Source: Deltaproteobacteria bacterium
GTDB taxonomy: Bacteria; Bdellovibrionota; JAJCYS01
Length of the DNA: 64,000 bases
Assembly (NCBI GenBank): GCA_029262815.1
Contig: JAJCYS010000029.1
Coordinates: forward strand, 9,837-73,836
Direction of reading: 5' to 3'
Under the pieces are notes generated by a model, which searched no databases, was not told the origin of the DNA, and was given only the letters and a program-made list of their open reading frames with translations. This document shows, one piece after another, positions 38,842 to 48,307 of this stretch (positions are counted from its first letter, which is position 1; every line of letters starts with the position of its first letter). The position numbers were made by a program, and so were the translations under genes.

Positions 38842-39588
38842 TTAAGATGGAGAACTATATTTCACGATTGGTGCAAGGAAATGATCAAACTGCCAATTTT
38901 TTCGATGTCGCTTGGGCGGGGTGATAGGTAGGGTTTCAAGGGCCAAATAATCAAAACCTAGATTTTTGAGAAATCCTCTAAATTGCGTGCCCAATGTATC
39001 TGGTGCATCCACAAAAAAGGTAAGTGTACCCGTAGATTTTAGAAGCTTAAGTTTGGCTACCGTTTCGATAAACAAAATGCCATCTCGATGGAGTTCTGTT
39101 AGATCTAGAGGATAGCCATCATAAACGATGCCACTGAAATGTTCTTGGGGTAGGGTGTGAAGAGCTTCTTCCCAACTCCCTTCAAGGACAGTAGCATGTG
39201 GAATCGCTTGGGCCTCTTTTGCGAGATGTGTATTGATTTCAATGATGATGTGATCTTGAATATTCCGGCTGGCGCGATAGCTTTCAATGACTGTATCTAA
39301 AATGCCTAGGCCGTATCCAATATTTAAAATATGGCCACCGTTTCGGGTAACAATATCCCCCAAACGTTTCATGTAAGGTGCCGCGTAGCTGGACATTGCC
39401 TCGTGACCCAGAATATGCATGATACGTTCGCCATCTTCAGTGGTTTCGAGAGAGGGTAATGCTTGGCGCCAGGCATCTCGTAGATCTTCAGTGTAAAGAA
39501 TTTTCCGAGAATCTAAAGATGTCGAAAGGGACGCAACATCATCCGTCATGTATAAAGGTGAGTCTTCCATTGGGCCTATATATAGCAT
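38842..39588 (-). CDS. SAM-dependent methyltransferase, guanidinoacetate-N-methyltransferase/RMT2-like
   Basis: EAMSSY..PYM, ILNIGYGLG, HIIIEIN, GSWEE, FSGIVYDGYP. Confidence 0.75.
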   Translation of the reverse strand: MLYIGPMEDSPLYMTDDVASLSTSLDSRKILYTEDLRDAWRQALPSLETTEDGERIMHILGHEAMSSYAAPYMKRLGDIVTRNGGHILNIGYGLGILDTVIESYRASRNIQDHIIIEINTHLAKEAQAIPHATVLEGSWEEALHTLPQEHFSGIVYDGYPLDLTELHRDGILFIETVAKLKLLKSTGTLTFFVDAPDTLGTQFRGFLKNLGFDYLALETLPITPPKRHRKNWQFDHFLAPIVKYSSPS

Positions 39589-39620
39589 GAAATGATCTAA
39601 ATTGAAAGTTGACGAATAGC

Positions 39621-39651
39621 CCCGTAGGTCCGTTGAAAACGAACCTACGGG
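39621..39651 (-). terminator. Hairpin terminator after paralog 2
   Basis: cccgtaggt-ccgttgaaaacga-acctacggg immediately after the stop at 39661. Confidence 0.65.
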
Positions 39652-39660
39652 TGTGTGTTG

Positions 39661-42192
39661 TTAAGGGATTAAAAAAGGCTCATGTGCGTCTATAGACTTC
39701 AGAAATTCCACAACAGCTGAAACCTCACTCAAATCCATTTTAAAAAGTGGGTGCTCTAGGCCACCGTCGGTCTTGAGTTTAAACACATCTTCAAGCATCT
39801 GAGCTCGACCGTGATGGCCGTAGGGGCCTGTGGTAGCCGCCCCTAATAAGCTCGGGCTATTGAAAGACCCACCCGCACCTACGGAAGCTGTTCCAATGGC
39901 ACCACCCGCACCTCGAATTTCGATGGGGTTGGTGAGATCTAACGTTGCAGTTCCCACATTGGTGTGAATGATCGTATCTCCATTAAATGAAACTAGTGGT
40001 CCATTGGTGGCTGCAACGAGAAAGACAACGCCTGTGATACTTGCCGCTGGAGTAGATGAACCTCCAAAGAATAAGGGCAGGGGATAGTCAATCCTTGAAT
40101 CTGTCCATTGTTCACCGCCATGACAGGCGACACAGGCCTCTGCCGAATTATCGTTCGCTCCGTTGATATCCGTTGTTCGGGTAAATGTTTTACGTCCCAT
40201 GGCAACCAGGTGGGGTTTTAACCCCGAGGGCCGATTGTAGGTTCGAACCCCTTTTTGAACCCACAGGGTCATTTTGTTTAATGCTTCAGAGACGCCTTTA
40301 ATATTTGAGTCGCTCGTTGGATTTCGTCCCAGAAAATTATTGATAACCGTTTGTTCATTCGCACCATGGTTGCCGACTAACCCCGTATCCGATGGACCAG
40401 CGTTGGGATCATTGGCTGGATCCTGTGCAAAAACTTGAGCATCGGCTGTGAATCCAAAGCCCCCTTGCACGTTGCGTGCATTGTTATTGAAATCGGTCAC
40501 ACTACTTCGAACTGCATTCCAGTTAAACACGCGTTGGTCAATTGCACCGCCATACGAAGAAAAAGAGCCGTCCAAAGGTATGGTCTGTCTGGGGCCAGTG
40601 GGAAACAACCATGTGACGCCATCAGCCAAGCCATTGGGATGGCAAGACGCACAAGAGCTCCAGTTGTTATCTGAGGCCATGTTTCGAAAGTTTGCGGTTA
40701 CGATATTTCGTACATCTGCGTTGTCGGCAACTTCTGCTGGGATCCCAAATCCAGTGAAGAACGCAAGTTCTCCAATGAGAATCATGTGTGCTTCGGTGCC
40801 AGGCGCAGGTAGGTCTGCGGTTGCAAAGTTCGAACCAATAACCGAATTAGTTTCTAAATTTATACACGTGACATTTTGGGAGACTTTGTTGTTCACATAA
40901 GCACGTGTACCGCCTGAGTTTAAAACGACCCCGTTTGGAATACTCCCAACTGTGAATTTCGTAATAATAGTGTTGGTGACTTCAAAATCAAGTTCACCAT
41001 CTGTGATGGCACCTTTGGCAACGAAACTACCGGATCGAGATACAGCAATTGCGACATCATTCCGGACTGCAATTGCCACAAAATCACCAAAGAAGGCTTT
41101 CTCTAATCCACCTAGCACAGTGCGATTGGGTTCTGTTTTGACGGACTCATTTAGGTTTGCGCGTGAAACCACTTCGCCATTGAATAAGGTAGCCAGTAGT
41201 GCCTGAATATTCACATTAAACTTGACGGGCGGTGAAGGTCCCGCGCCGATTGAGGGCACGTAGAGCCGCCCATTGTAATATCCCAGATGTCCCAATTGGT
41301 TGAAGTAAGCCCCTTGTGGTACAGCGGCAGGGTCTGTGCCACTCGGTGCTTCAAAAACTGTGCTCCCAAAGGCTGAGCGGTCTCCATTAAATCCCACATT
41401 ATCGATGGGAGCTAGGCGCACGATACTCGAAATAGCAGTTGTCTCTAAGGACACAATACCAACACGACCTTCTTTGCCGTTATCAAACCCTTCAATCGCA
41501 TCAACACCTAATCCGGGTCGAGGACGCGCGAAAAAGTCCGTCACATATAGGGATTCATCAAAATCTTCGTCATTGCCATTATTGGTGAGGGCGAGGCTGT
41601 ATGGATTGTAAATGCGCGTGGGGCCATGGGTTGGATCTTGAAAGATGAGCTCACAAGTTTTAATTAAAATATTGTTCACCGTGTCGATGATCGATACCGT
41701 GCCGTCCGAAAAATTAGCGACAAACAGCAGATTGCCAGATGGGGAAAGGGCGGTACCCCGAGGTTCAGATCCCACCATGATGGTTGTCAGGACTGTATTG
41801 TTTGATAGATCAATCACGGAAACAGTGTTGTCGGCTCCATTACTGACGTAGGCTCGGGTTCCTGCAGCGTTAACTGAAACACTGTAAGGGTCTCGTCCAA
41901 CTTCTATCTCAGCTAGTTTTGTTTTGCTGTCAGACTCACCGTTTAGAACCTGTACGACCGTTAAGGATCCTTTATGAACATAAGGGGTTGCGGTTTTAGC
42001 TGCTTCAGTGGAGGAAATCTTGTTGATCACGTAGATTCGTGTGTTGTCATTTGAAATTTGTATAGTGCTGCTTAAAGAAGCCAAGATGGCCGCGACAACG
42101 GCCTCATCATCTTTATTGTTACAGGCATAAAAAGTCGTGGCAACACCCATCACAAACGTCAAAAACAAACTAACAACGAGATTCCTTCTCAT
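39661..42192 (-). CDS. Lipoprotein: YVTN/YncE beta-propeller plus di-heme c-type cytochrome, paralog 2
   Basis: Lipobox-like FYAC; YVSN repeats; CASCH and CVACH; long near-identical peptides shared with the 35132-37705 protein. Confidence 0.9.
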   Translation of the reverse strand: MRRNLVVSLFLTFVMGVATTFYACNNKDDEAVVAAILASLSSTIQISNDNTRIYVINKISSTEAAKTATPYVHKGSLTVVQVLNGESDSKTKLAEIEVGRDPYSVSVNAAGTRAYVSNGADNTVSVIDLSNNTVLTTIMVGSEPRGTALSPSGNLLFVANFSDGTVSIIDTVNNILIKTCELIFQDPTHGPTRIYNPYSLALTNNGNDEDFDESLYVTDFFARPRPGLGVDAIEGFDNGKEGRVGIVSLETTAISSIVRLAPIDNVGFNGDRSAFGSTVFEAPSGTDPAAVPQGAYFNQLGHLGYYNGRLYVPSIGAGPSPPVKFNVNIQALLATLFNGEVVSRANLNESVKTEPNRTVLGGLEKAFFGDFVAIAVRNDVAIAVSRSGSFVAKGAITDGELDFEVTNTIITKFTVGSIPNGVVLNSGGTRAYVNNKVSQNVTCINLETNSVIGSNFATADLPAPGTEAHMILIGELAFFTGFGIPAEVADNADVRNIVTANFRNMASDNNWSSCASCHPNGLADGVTWLFPTGPRQTIPLDGSFSSYGGAIDQRVFNWNAVRSSVTDFNNNARNVQGGFGFTADAQVFAQDPANDPNAGPSDTGLVGNHGANEQTVINNFLGRNPTSDSNIKGVSEALNKMTLWVQKGVRTYNRPSGLKPHLVAMGRKTFTRTTDINGANDNSAEACVACHGGEQWTDSRIDYPLPLFFGGSSTPAASITGVVFLVAATNGPLVSFNGDTIIHTNVGTATLDLTNPIEIRGAGGAIGTASVGAGGSFNSPSLLGAATTGPYGHHGRAQMLEDVFKLKTDGGLEHPLFKMDLSEVSAVVEFLKSIDAHEPFLIP

Positions 42193-42272
42193 ATCTTCCC
42201 CCCGGTTCTAGATCATTAAATCGAACAGGGGTTCAATTTACAATCTTGACTTTTTGAATTTGAAGTTATTTA

Positions 42273-42451
42273 GGGCGTGTCCTCATTAGGGATTCGTTAT
42301 GAGGAAATGGAGATTTTGATTCGAAACGAGGAGGTTGAGTGAAAAAACCGCAGGTGTAGTAGCGCTACATCGAGGATTCTTTCATGAAAATCGACGAAGT
42401 TGTAGGCCAAAAGATCTATTCCACAGTAGAATCTCTAATGAGGACACGCCC
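42273..42451. mobile_element. MITE family A, copy 1 (179 bp, TA-flanked)
   Basis: TIR gggcgtgtcctcattag, 17 bp perfect; TA at 42271-72 and 42452-53; internal palindrome tgtagtagcgctaca; second copy at 62670-62848. Confidence 0.85.
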
Positions 42452-42987
42452 TAGCTGAATTTGGGTTTGAAAGACAAAGTCATCCCGATGAGTACAGCAT
42501 TATTAAAGACTTGTGCCCCAAGCCCCAAACGAAATCCATTTTCAATATGGTAGTACAAGCAGAGTTCAGTCGATGCGAGGTTGAACCCTTGGCTAAAGAC
42601 ATACGTGAGGCCAGTCTGGGCGGTTAGGATTAAATAACGGAGTAAAAACCAATCAAATCCGATAAGGGTGTGTATTGAGAAAAGATACTGACTAGCGTTA
42701 CCAAAGATACTCGCCCCCGATGCGACGAATCCCTGAAACATACGGCCCGTTGTATGGAATTTTAACGAAAGGGGGACGGTACCTCCATAGAGATCAACTG
42801 CTTCGAAATTAGTAGCTATGAAAAGCTCTGGCTTTGCTGAAAAAGATAACCATTTTTGAATGGGCACGACAATTTCAATTTCGGGATTGACCATGCCAAG
42901 GACACTAAAAGAGGGCTCTTCAGCAGTGGCCAGCTGAGCTGTTGTGAACCCTAAAAGTAAGATGGATAAAAAGAAAAAATTTTTCAT
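42451..42987 (-). CDS. Small outer-membrane beta-barrel-like protein, paralog A
   Basis: Signal peptide, alternating beta strands, similarity to the 43118 gene (EIEI.V...WL.....P.L; P..LK; TLIG..W; A.TGL.Y; RLG..AQ). Confidence 0.8.
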   Translation of the reverse strand: MKNFFFLSILLLGFTTAQLATAEEPSFSVLGMVNPEIEIVVPIQKWLSFSAKPELFIATNFEAVDLYGGTVPLSLKFHTTGRMFQGFVASGASIFGNASQYLFSIHTLIGFDWFLLRYLILTAQTGLTYVFSQGFNLASTELCLYYHIENGFRLGLGAQVFNNAVLIGMTLSFKPKFS

Positions 42988-43052
42988 TGATGTGCTCCCT
43001 CAAATTGTTGTAGTTCAAGATGTCAAAAAACACAAGCACTGTTCCCGAAAGT

Positions 43053-43093
43053 AAAAAAGCCATTGATGACAATTGTCACCAATGGCTTTTTTT
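43053..43093. terminator. Bidirectional Rho-independent terminator
   Basis: aaaaaagccattgatgacaattgtcaccaatggcttttttt. Confidence 0.85.
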
Positions 43094-43117
43094 GAATGAC
43101 TAGATCTGGTTGAGAAC

Positions 43118-43672
43118 TTAAATCTGTGGTGCCCAGGTAAATGCAACCATAGCCAAAGTTCCTCTAGGTCCAATTTGCGCATCAACACCGACTCTTAATT
43201 CCTCTGTGAGTTTATAATATACATCCAGAGATAATCCAGGAAAGAGTACCGCAACAGAGTCCAAAATCCCGACATACCAAAGCCCTGTCTCAGCTTTAAG
43301 ACCAAAGTGACTGTTGATATCCCAAGAAACACCAATGAGGGTTTGACCCACAAAGCTAAATGCGTTGTTTTTGTATATAGGTGTGCCGCCCACTTTAATG
43401 TAAGGGGTAATTTTTTCTAAGCTCCAAAACGCCTTGAGTGCAATAGGTAGGTTAACAACGGGTCCAACACGACTAAAGTCAGTGACCAAACCCAGGCTTG
43501 GCTCTACGGTGACGCCTAACCAACTATTAAATTTTACGTCAATTTCAATTTCTGCTTTACCACCACTAATAAACGCATAATCTGCAGCAAGGCTGTCTTT
43601 GCTTGTCAATGAAACTGTGCCTAACACAGCCACTAGACCCAATAAACCAATTCCTTTAATTATTTTTTTCAT
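43118..43672 (-). CDS. Small outer-membrane beta-barrel-like protein, paralog B
   Basis: GGAGG RBS before ATG 43672; signal MKKIIKGIGLLGLVAVLG...; amphipathic strands. Confidence 0.8.
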   Translation of the reverse strand: MKKIIKGIGLLGLVAVLGTVSLTSKDSLAADYAFISGGKAEIEIDVKFNSWLGVTVEPSLGLVTDFSRVGPVVNLPIALKAFWSLEKITPYIKVGGTPIYKNNAFSFVGQTLIGVSWDINSHFGLKAETGLWYVGILDSVAVLFPGLSLDVYYKLTEELRVGVDAQIGPRGTLAMVAFTWAPQI

Positions 43673-43815
43673 ACATTCCTCCACTAAAAATGTTTATAAT
43701 TAAACAAAATGTATCAATAATTAGGGGGAAAAGCAAGGGATAATTGCAATTAAAATGATCTTAATTTATCCAAAAGCTATGGTATTCAATAAGTTACGAA
43801 AATGGGAGGGTAAAA

Positions 43816-44457
43816 ATGGACGCATCTTCAGAGCGAATACGGGTGAGGCGAGCCCCAAAACGGGGACAGTATGACGCTGATACCATCAATCAAATCTTAG
43901 ATGAAGCACTCATATGTCATGTGGGGTTCAATGATCACGGGGGACCTTTTGTGATACCCACCATTCATGCACGAATCGGCGCTAACCTGTATATACATGG
44001 CTCAAAGGCAAGCCGGTTGATTCGATGTGCCATCGAGAATGAGCGAACCTGCATTACCGTCACCTTAATCGATGGGTTGGTACTGGCCCGCTCGACTTTT
44101 CACCACTCCATGAATTACCGGTCTGTGGTCATCCTAAGCCGAGGCACACTCATTGAAGATGAAACTGAAAAATTGAACGCTCTTAAAGCCATCTCAGACC
44201 ACATGGTTCCGAATCGATGGGATCACGTCAGAAAACCCAATGCCAACGAGTTGAAGGCCACAGCCGTAGTTCAATTTGACTTAAATGAGGCTTCAGCAAA
44301 GATTCGAACCGGTCCTCCGGCTGACGATTTTGATGACTATGCGTTGCCTGTGTGGGCAGGGGTAGTTCCCATGCAGCAGCGCTTTGGTCAACCCTCACCG
44401 GATCCAAAATTGGCTGAAAGCGTCGCATTACCCGAGCACGTTAAGGCATTATTATAG
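43816..44457 (+). CDS. Pyridoxamine 5'-phosphate oxidase-like flavin-binding protein (NimA-related)
   Basis: RG.YD, CHVGF, YIHGS, DGLVLARS.FHHSMNYRSVV, SAKIRTGPP, WAGVVP. Confidence 0.92.
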   Translation: MDASSERIRVRRAPKRGQYDADTINQILDEALICHVGFNDHGGPFVIPTIHARIGANLYIHGSKASRLIRCAIENERTCITVTLIDGLVLARSTFHHSMNYRSVVILSRGTLIEDETEKLNALKAISDHMVPNRWDHVRKPNANELKATAVVQFDLNEASAKIRTGPPADDFDDYALPVWAGVVPMQQRFGQPSPDPKLAESVALPEHVKALL

Positions 44458-44533
44458 ATGCCAAGTGTGATCTCCGCTTTAGCATCACGATACTAAAGAC
44501 GATACAGCTTTTATAATAAGTGGAGGGGCCGAG

Positions 44534-45748
44534 ATGCGTATTTTATTAACAAACACAGGACCATGGGGAACGGGCAGCTCTGCTGTCATCGAAGGTGTTA
44601 AATCTGAACTGCTTCGGTTGGGCCATCAGGTCAAGGTGATCTTGCCTGATCGCCAAGAGAACATCGCAGGCATGAACTTGAACCCTGATCACTATCATGT
44701 CATGACGTTTCCAACCAGCTATCAAGGTGAAGCATTCTATACCTTTCCGCTCATGATCTCTGACCCAAATCCTCGTAACCTCAGGGGTGCTTGGACCTTT
44801 AAAGAAATGCCTCAGGCTGCTTTTGAAGCCTATCAGGGTTACTTAAAATCTGAGTTAGCTTCTGTTATCCAAGAATTCAAACCTGATCTGGTCGAAACAC
44901 ATCATGTTTGGCTAACAGGCTACGTGTTGAGTCAACTCAATATCCCATACGTCTGTTGTGCCCATAACTCAGATCAACTGGGATTTGAATTTGATGAGCG
45001 AATGCAGCCGTACGCCAAAACGTGTGCCCAACAAGCGCAAAAAATATTTGCACTCTCTGAGTCAAACAAAGCGCAAATCGTATCTCTCTATGATGTCGCG
45101 CCTGAAAAAACGCCTATTTTAGTAAATGGATACGACAGCGAGACGTTCAAACCCATGCATATTAATAAAGCGGAACTTTTTGATGCCTACGATATTCAAT
45201 ACCCGTTAGATTTACCCGTTGTTGTGTTTGGTGGAAAATTATCAAAAATTAAAGGCATTGACGTCTTGCTTGAAGCGAATGCTCAGCTTCAAAAAACGAC
45301 GCCATGCGTTATGATTGTATTTGGTACTGGGGAATTGAACGACGCACTAGAGCGGTGTCCCACAGATGAAGAGACCAATCGAGTTGTGTTCATGGGACAT
45401 CAACCGGGTTCGGTGCTTGCACAGTTTTACAACTGTGCCGAAGTCAGTGTGTTACCCTCTCGAAACGAAGGATTTCCATTGTCTGTATTAGAAGCGATGG
45501 GATGTGGGGTACCGATTGTTGCCAGCAGGATTTGTAAATTGGAAGATCATATTATCGGAGAAACCGTACCACCCGAAGATCCCGGTGCGCTCTCAGACGC
45601 CTTGATCCGTCTCCTTGGTCAATCCCATGCGGCACATGTGGCTATGAAGCAACAAGTGTTGAATCACATTAAACATTATACGTGGGCTGAGAATGTAAAA
45701 ATTCGAGTGAAATTGTACGAGCAAGTCTTGCGAGAAACAAACTCTTAA
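44534..45748 (+). CDS. Glycosyltransferase family 4
   Basis: NGYD, KGIDVLLEA, PSRNEGFPLSVLEAMGCGVPIVAS. Confidence 0.92.
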   Translation: MRILLTNTGPWGTGSSAVIEGVKSELLRLGHQVKVILPDRQENIAGMNLNPDHYHVMTFPTSYQGEAFYTFPLMISDPNPRNLRGAWTFKEMPQAAFEAYQGYLKSELASVIQEFKPDLVETHHVWLTGYVLSQLNIPYVCCAHNSDQLGFEFDERMQPYAKTCAQQAQKIFALSESNKAQIVSLYDVAPEKTPILVNGYDSETFKPMHINKAELFDAYDIQYPLDLPVVVFGGKLSKIKGIDVLLEANAQLQKTTPCVMIVFGTGELNDALERCPTDEETNRVVFMGHQPGSVLAQFYNCAEVSVLPSRNEGFPLSVLEAMGCGVPIVASRICKLEDHIIGETVPPEDPGALSDALIRLLGQSHAAHVAMKQQVLNHIKHYTWAENVKIRVKLYEQVLRETNS

Positions 45749-45778
45749 GCGACCTCTTTTTCAGGACTCTTTTTTTTA

Positions 45779-45955
45779 GAACCGGACTCGTAAATAACTT
45801 CGTAAAGAGATCAAGCGAAATCTGTAGCCTCAAGGCCGCAGGTGAAAAATGCTCGGAGGTGGCCACATTGGCCATCGAGAACATTTTTTACCGAGAACGA
45901 CGAGGCTGGGCAGATTGCAGCTGATCGGAATAGAGGTTATTTATGAGTCCGGTTT
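45779..45955. mobile_element. MITE family B, copy 1 (177 bp)
   Basis: Nearly identical to 63619-63796; imperfect 23-bp TIR gaaccggactcgtaaataacttc / gaggttatttatgagtccggttt; overlaps the galE stop. Confidence 0.9.
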
Positions 45956-46933
45956 AAGTTCTTTGAGCTTCATTTCCCAACGATACGCGTGGCTAACGAT
46001 CTCACTTAAGTTGTCGAACTGGGGCTTCCAACCGAGAACGGCTTTAATTTTGTCGCATACTGCAATCAACTGCTCTGCGTCACCAGCACGTCGGCCAGCT
46101 TCTTTGACCGTAAAGGCTACACCCGAAGCACGCTGTACTTCCTCAATAACTTCTTTGACACTATATCCATGACCGTACCCAACATTAAGCAGCGTGGATT
46201 CACCGCCATTTTCCAGATACGTGAGTGCATCAAGATGTGCCCGAGATAAATCTTCAATATGGATATAGTCTCGAATTGCTGTTCGATCAGGCGTATTGTA
46301 ATCCGTTCCATAAATTTCCATGTGAGACCGCTGTCCCGTAGCAGTTTCGCATGCAACTTTGATGAGATGGGTGGCATTTCGGGTGCGTTGGCCCATGCGA
46401 CACTCTGGATCAGCCCCTGCTACATTAAAATATCTCAGGGCAACATATTTTAGGGGATGTGCTTTTACGATATCTTCTAACATCATTTCAGTTAGCAATT
46501 TCGATTGTCCGTAAGGGTTCAAGGGGGCAGGTGAAGACAACTCATCAGCTTGACCACTTACGGGTGATCCATAAATTGCTGCTGTACTTGAAAAAATAAA
46601 TCGATGAACATTGTTTGCAAGGCACGTCTCAACCAATCCCAACGTATTACAGGTATTGTTTCTAAAATATTTTATGGGGTGGGTGACAGATTCACTAACG
46701 GTTTGAAAGGCAGCGAAATGAAGTACAGCATCAAACTGCTCCGCTTGAAATAATGCATCAAGTTTTTCTAGATCTGCTAAATCAATTGAAACCAATTTCT
46801 CGTCATAAATAAGGGCGTCTCCGTAGCCGGCCTTCAGGTTATCGAGTACGACAACCGTATGTCCTGCTTCGGACAACTGTCGTGTGACATGACTGCCAAT
46901 GTAGCCTGCGCCGCCTGTAACCAATAATTTCAT
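45941..46933 (-). CDS. galE: UDP-glucose 4-epimerase
   Basis: LVTGGAGYIGSH, HFAA...V.ES, FSSTAA.YG, YGQSK, LRYFNVAGA, IRDYIH; start placed at ATG 46933. Confidence 0.95.
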   Translation of the reverse strand: MKLLVTGGAGYIGSHVTRQLSEAGHTVVVLDNLKAGYGDALIYDEKLVSIDLADLEKLDALFQAEQFDAVLHFAAFQTVSESVTHPIKYFRNNTCNTLGLVETCLANNVHRFIFSSTAAIYGSPVSGQADELSSPAPLNPYGQSKLLTEMMLEDIVKAHPLKYVALRYFNVAGADPECRMGQRTRNATHLIKVACETATGQRSHMEIYGTDYNTPDRTAIRDYIHIEDLSRAHLDALTYLENGGESTLLNVGYGHGYSVKEVIEEVQRASGVAFTVKEAGRRAGDAEQLIAVCDKIKAVLGWKPQFDNLSEIVSHAYRWEMKLKELKPDS

Positions 46934-47061
46934 ATGATCTTCCCTATAATTCCATCTGTGGTCATAAGTATATGCGTTTATACCTGTTTCGTCACTTTGG
47001 GCCAGATCTTTAGGGTCGTATGATTGACATGCTACTTCTGTGTATGCTACAAACAAGCCCC

Positions 47062-48297
47062 ATGGGACAATTTAAATGTTATTTATTTTATATCTCGGTG
47101 TTAACCTTAGGTACCGCTGAATATGCTCAAAGCTGCTCTGTCGAGGATCTTAAACAAAAATTAATCCAAGCAAGTGGGGAACAAACGTTAAAAAAACGGA
47201 TTGTGACTGCAGATCAAACAAATATTGAACAGTGGGGACTCAGGGTTGCTGCTTATGAAGAAACTCTAAGAATGTCTGGTTTTAGATATGATATGCAGTT
47301 AGAAATGCTGATGACACAAGATCCATTTACGCGTGCATTCTTTCATGAATCACAAGACGCATTCTCAAGTAAAACTTTTTATGCAATTCAGGACGAAATT
47401 AAGATGTTAAAAAAACGATGGGCGGCATATGACCAAGTCATGCAAAATAGATTTTCATCTCAAGTTGTAAAAGATTTTTTCAGAAATGGCAACGGTTTTT
47501 CACGCGAACTCATGAATCGTATTGCACAAAATGCTCATCTCGATGTCACACTGGATCGATTACTTATGATGCGTGACCAAGTCGAGGCAGTGCATGGTGA
47601 AACCCAAGCAAAATATGATGTTCCTGAACCTCGCAGTAAACAAGAACATACGAATTTGCGGATGGGGGATAAGATTGCAATCAAGGGGACGCCAACCTTT
47701 GAGGGGATGACAACCTTTTATCTAGATATTGTGATGGTTATGGATGTTATTCGTGCACATATGATCAACAATCAAAAATCGATGGATCAACCGTTTGATG
47801 GCCCTCTATTCGATGGCCAAGGGTTTGAAGGATCCACCCTTGTTGGATTAGGATCTGGATACCCCAGAATGGGTGTTTTCTTAGGGCTTAGTTATCCTAA
47901 TCTCGAATACAATGGATATGAGATCGCACCTGAACGTGTTCAAGTCAGTCAGCAAGTTGTGCGTAATTTAGAACTAACGAACGTACACTATGAAGAGCGG
48001 AATTTAAATCGAACAGGATCTTTGCCTGAAGATGGTAATATTTATTTTATCTATGATTCGTTTGGAATTAATACACGAGATTTTGTAATTGATGAATTAC
48101 AAAAACTTGGACAGAAAAAATCGTTTTATCTGGTTGTTGTCGACGGCTACACTTACGATCTAAGAATTCGGTTGCCGAAGGAAAAATGGCTTAATCGTAT
48201 CTACTTAGGATACAGTCGGGGACCCTATGGAAATCCCATACAGTATGGTCCTGATACTGCTGAACAGGTTTCTATTTTTTACGTACATAAAAAATGA
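47062..48297 (+). CDS. Exported protein with C-terminal SAM-methyltransferase-like domain
   Basis: Signal ending YAQS-C; TLVGLGSGYPRMG, GYEIAPERV, IYFIYDSF. Start uncertain (47020 or 47062). Confidence 0.7.
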   Translation: MGQFKCYLFYISVLTLGTAEYAQSCSVEDLKQKLIQASGEQTLKKRIVTADQTNIEQWGLRVAAYEETLRMSGFRYDMQLEMLMTQDPFTRAFFHESQDAFSSKTFYAIQDEIKMLKKRWAAYDQVMQNRFSSQVVKDFFRNGNGFSRELMNRIAQNAHLDVTLDRLLMMRDQVEAVHGETQAKYDVPEPRSKQEHTNLRMGDKIAIKGTPTFEGMTTFYLDIVMVMDVIRAHMINNQKSMDQPFDGPLFDGQGFEGSTLVGLGSGYPRMGVFLGLSYPNLEYNGYEIAPERVQVSQQVVRNLELTNVHYEERNLNRTGSLPEDGNIYFIYDSFGINTRDFVIDELQKLGQKKSFYLVVVDGYTYDLRIRLPKEKWLNRIYLGYSRGPYGNPIQYGPDTAEQVSIFYVHKK

Positions 48298-48307
48298 TAT
48301 CACTTAT

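Noticed and set aside
42201..42211. ccggttctag as another MITE-B end
   Set aside because: It is too short and coincides with the RBS region of the 42192 gene, so it could be chance.
45669..46172. ORFs 45669-45884 and 45849-46172, and their look-alikes 63512-63715 and 63645-63854, as a conserved small-protein family
   Set aside because: Their similarity is fully explained by reading through MITE family B DNA, and they overlap real genes.
46934..47056. N-terminal extension of galE
   Set aside because: The family starts at MKLLVTGG with an RBS, and the extension overlaps the divergent gene's upstream region.
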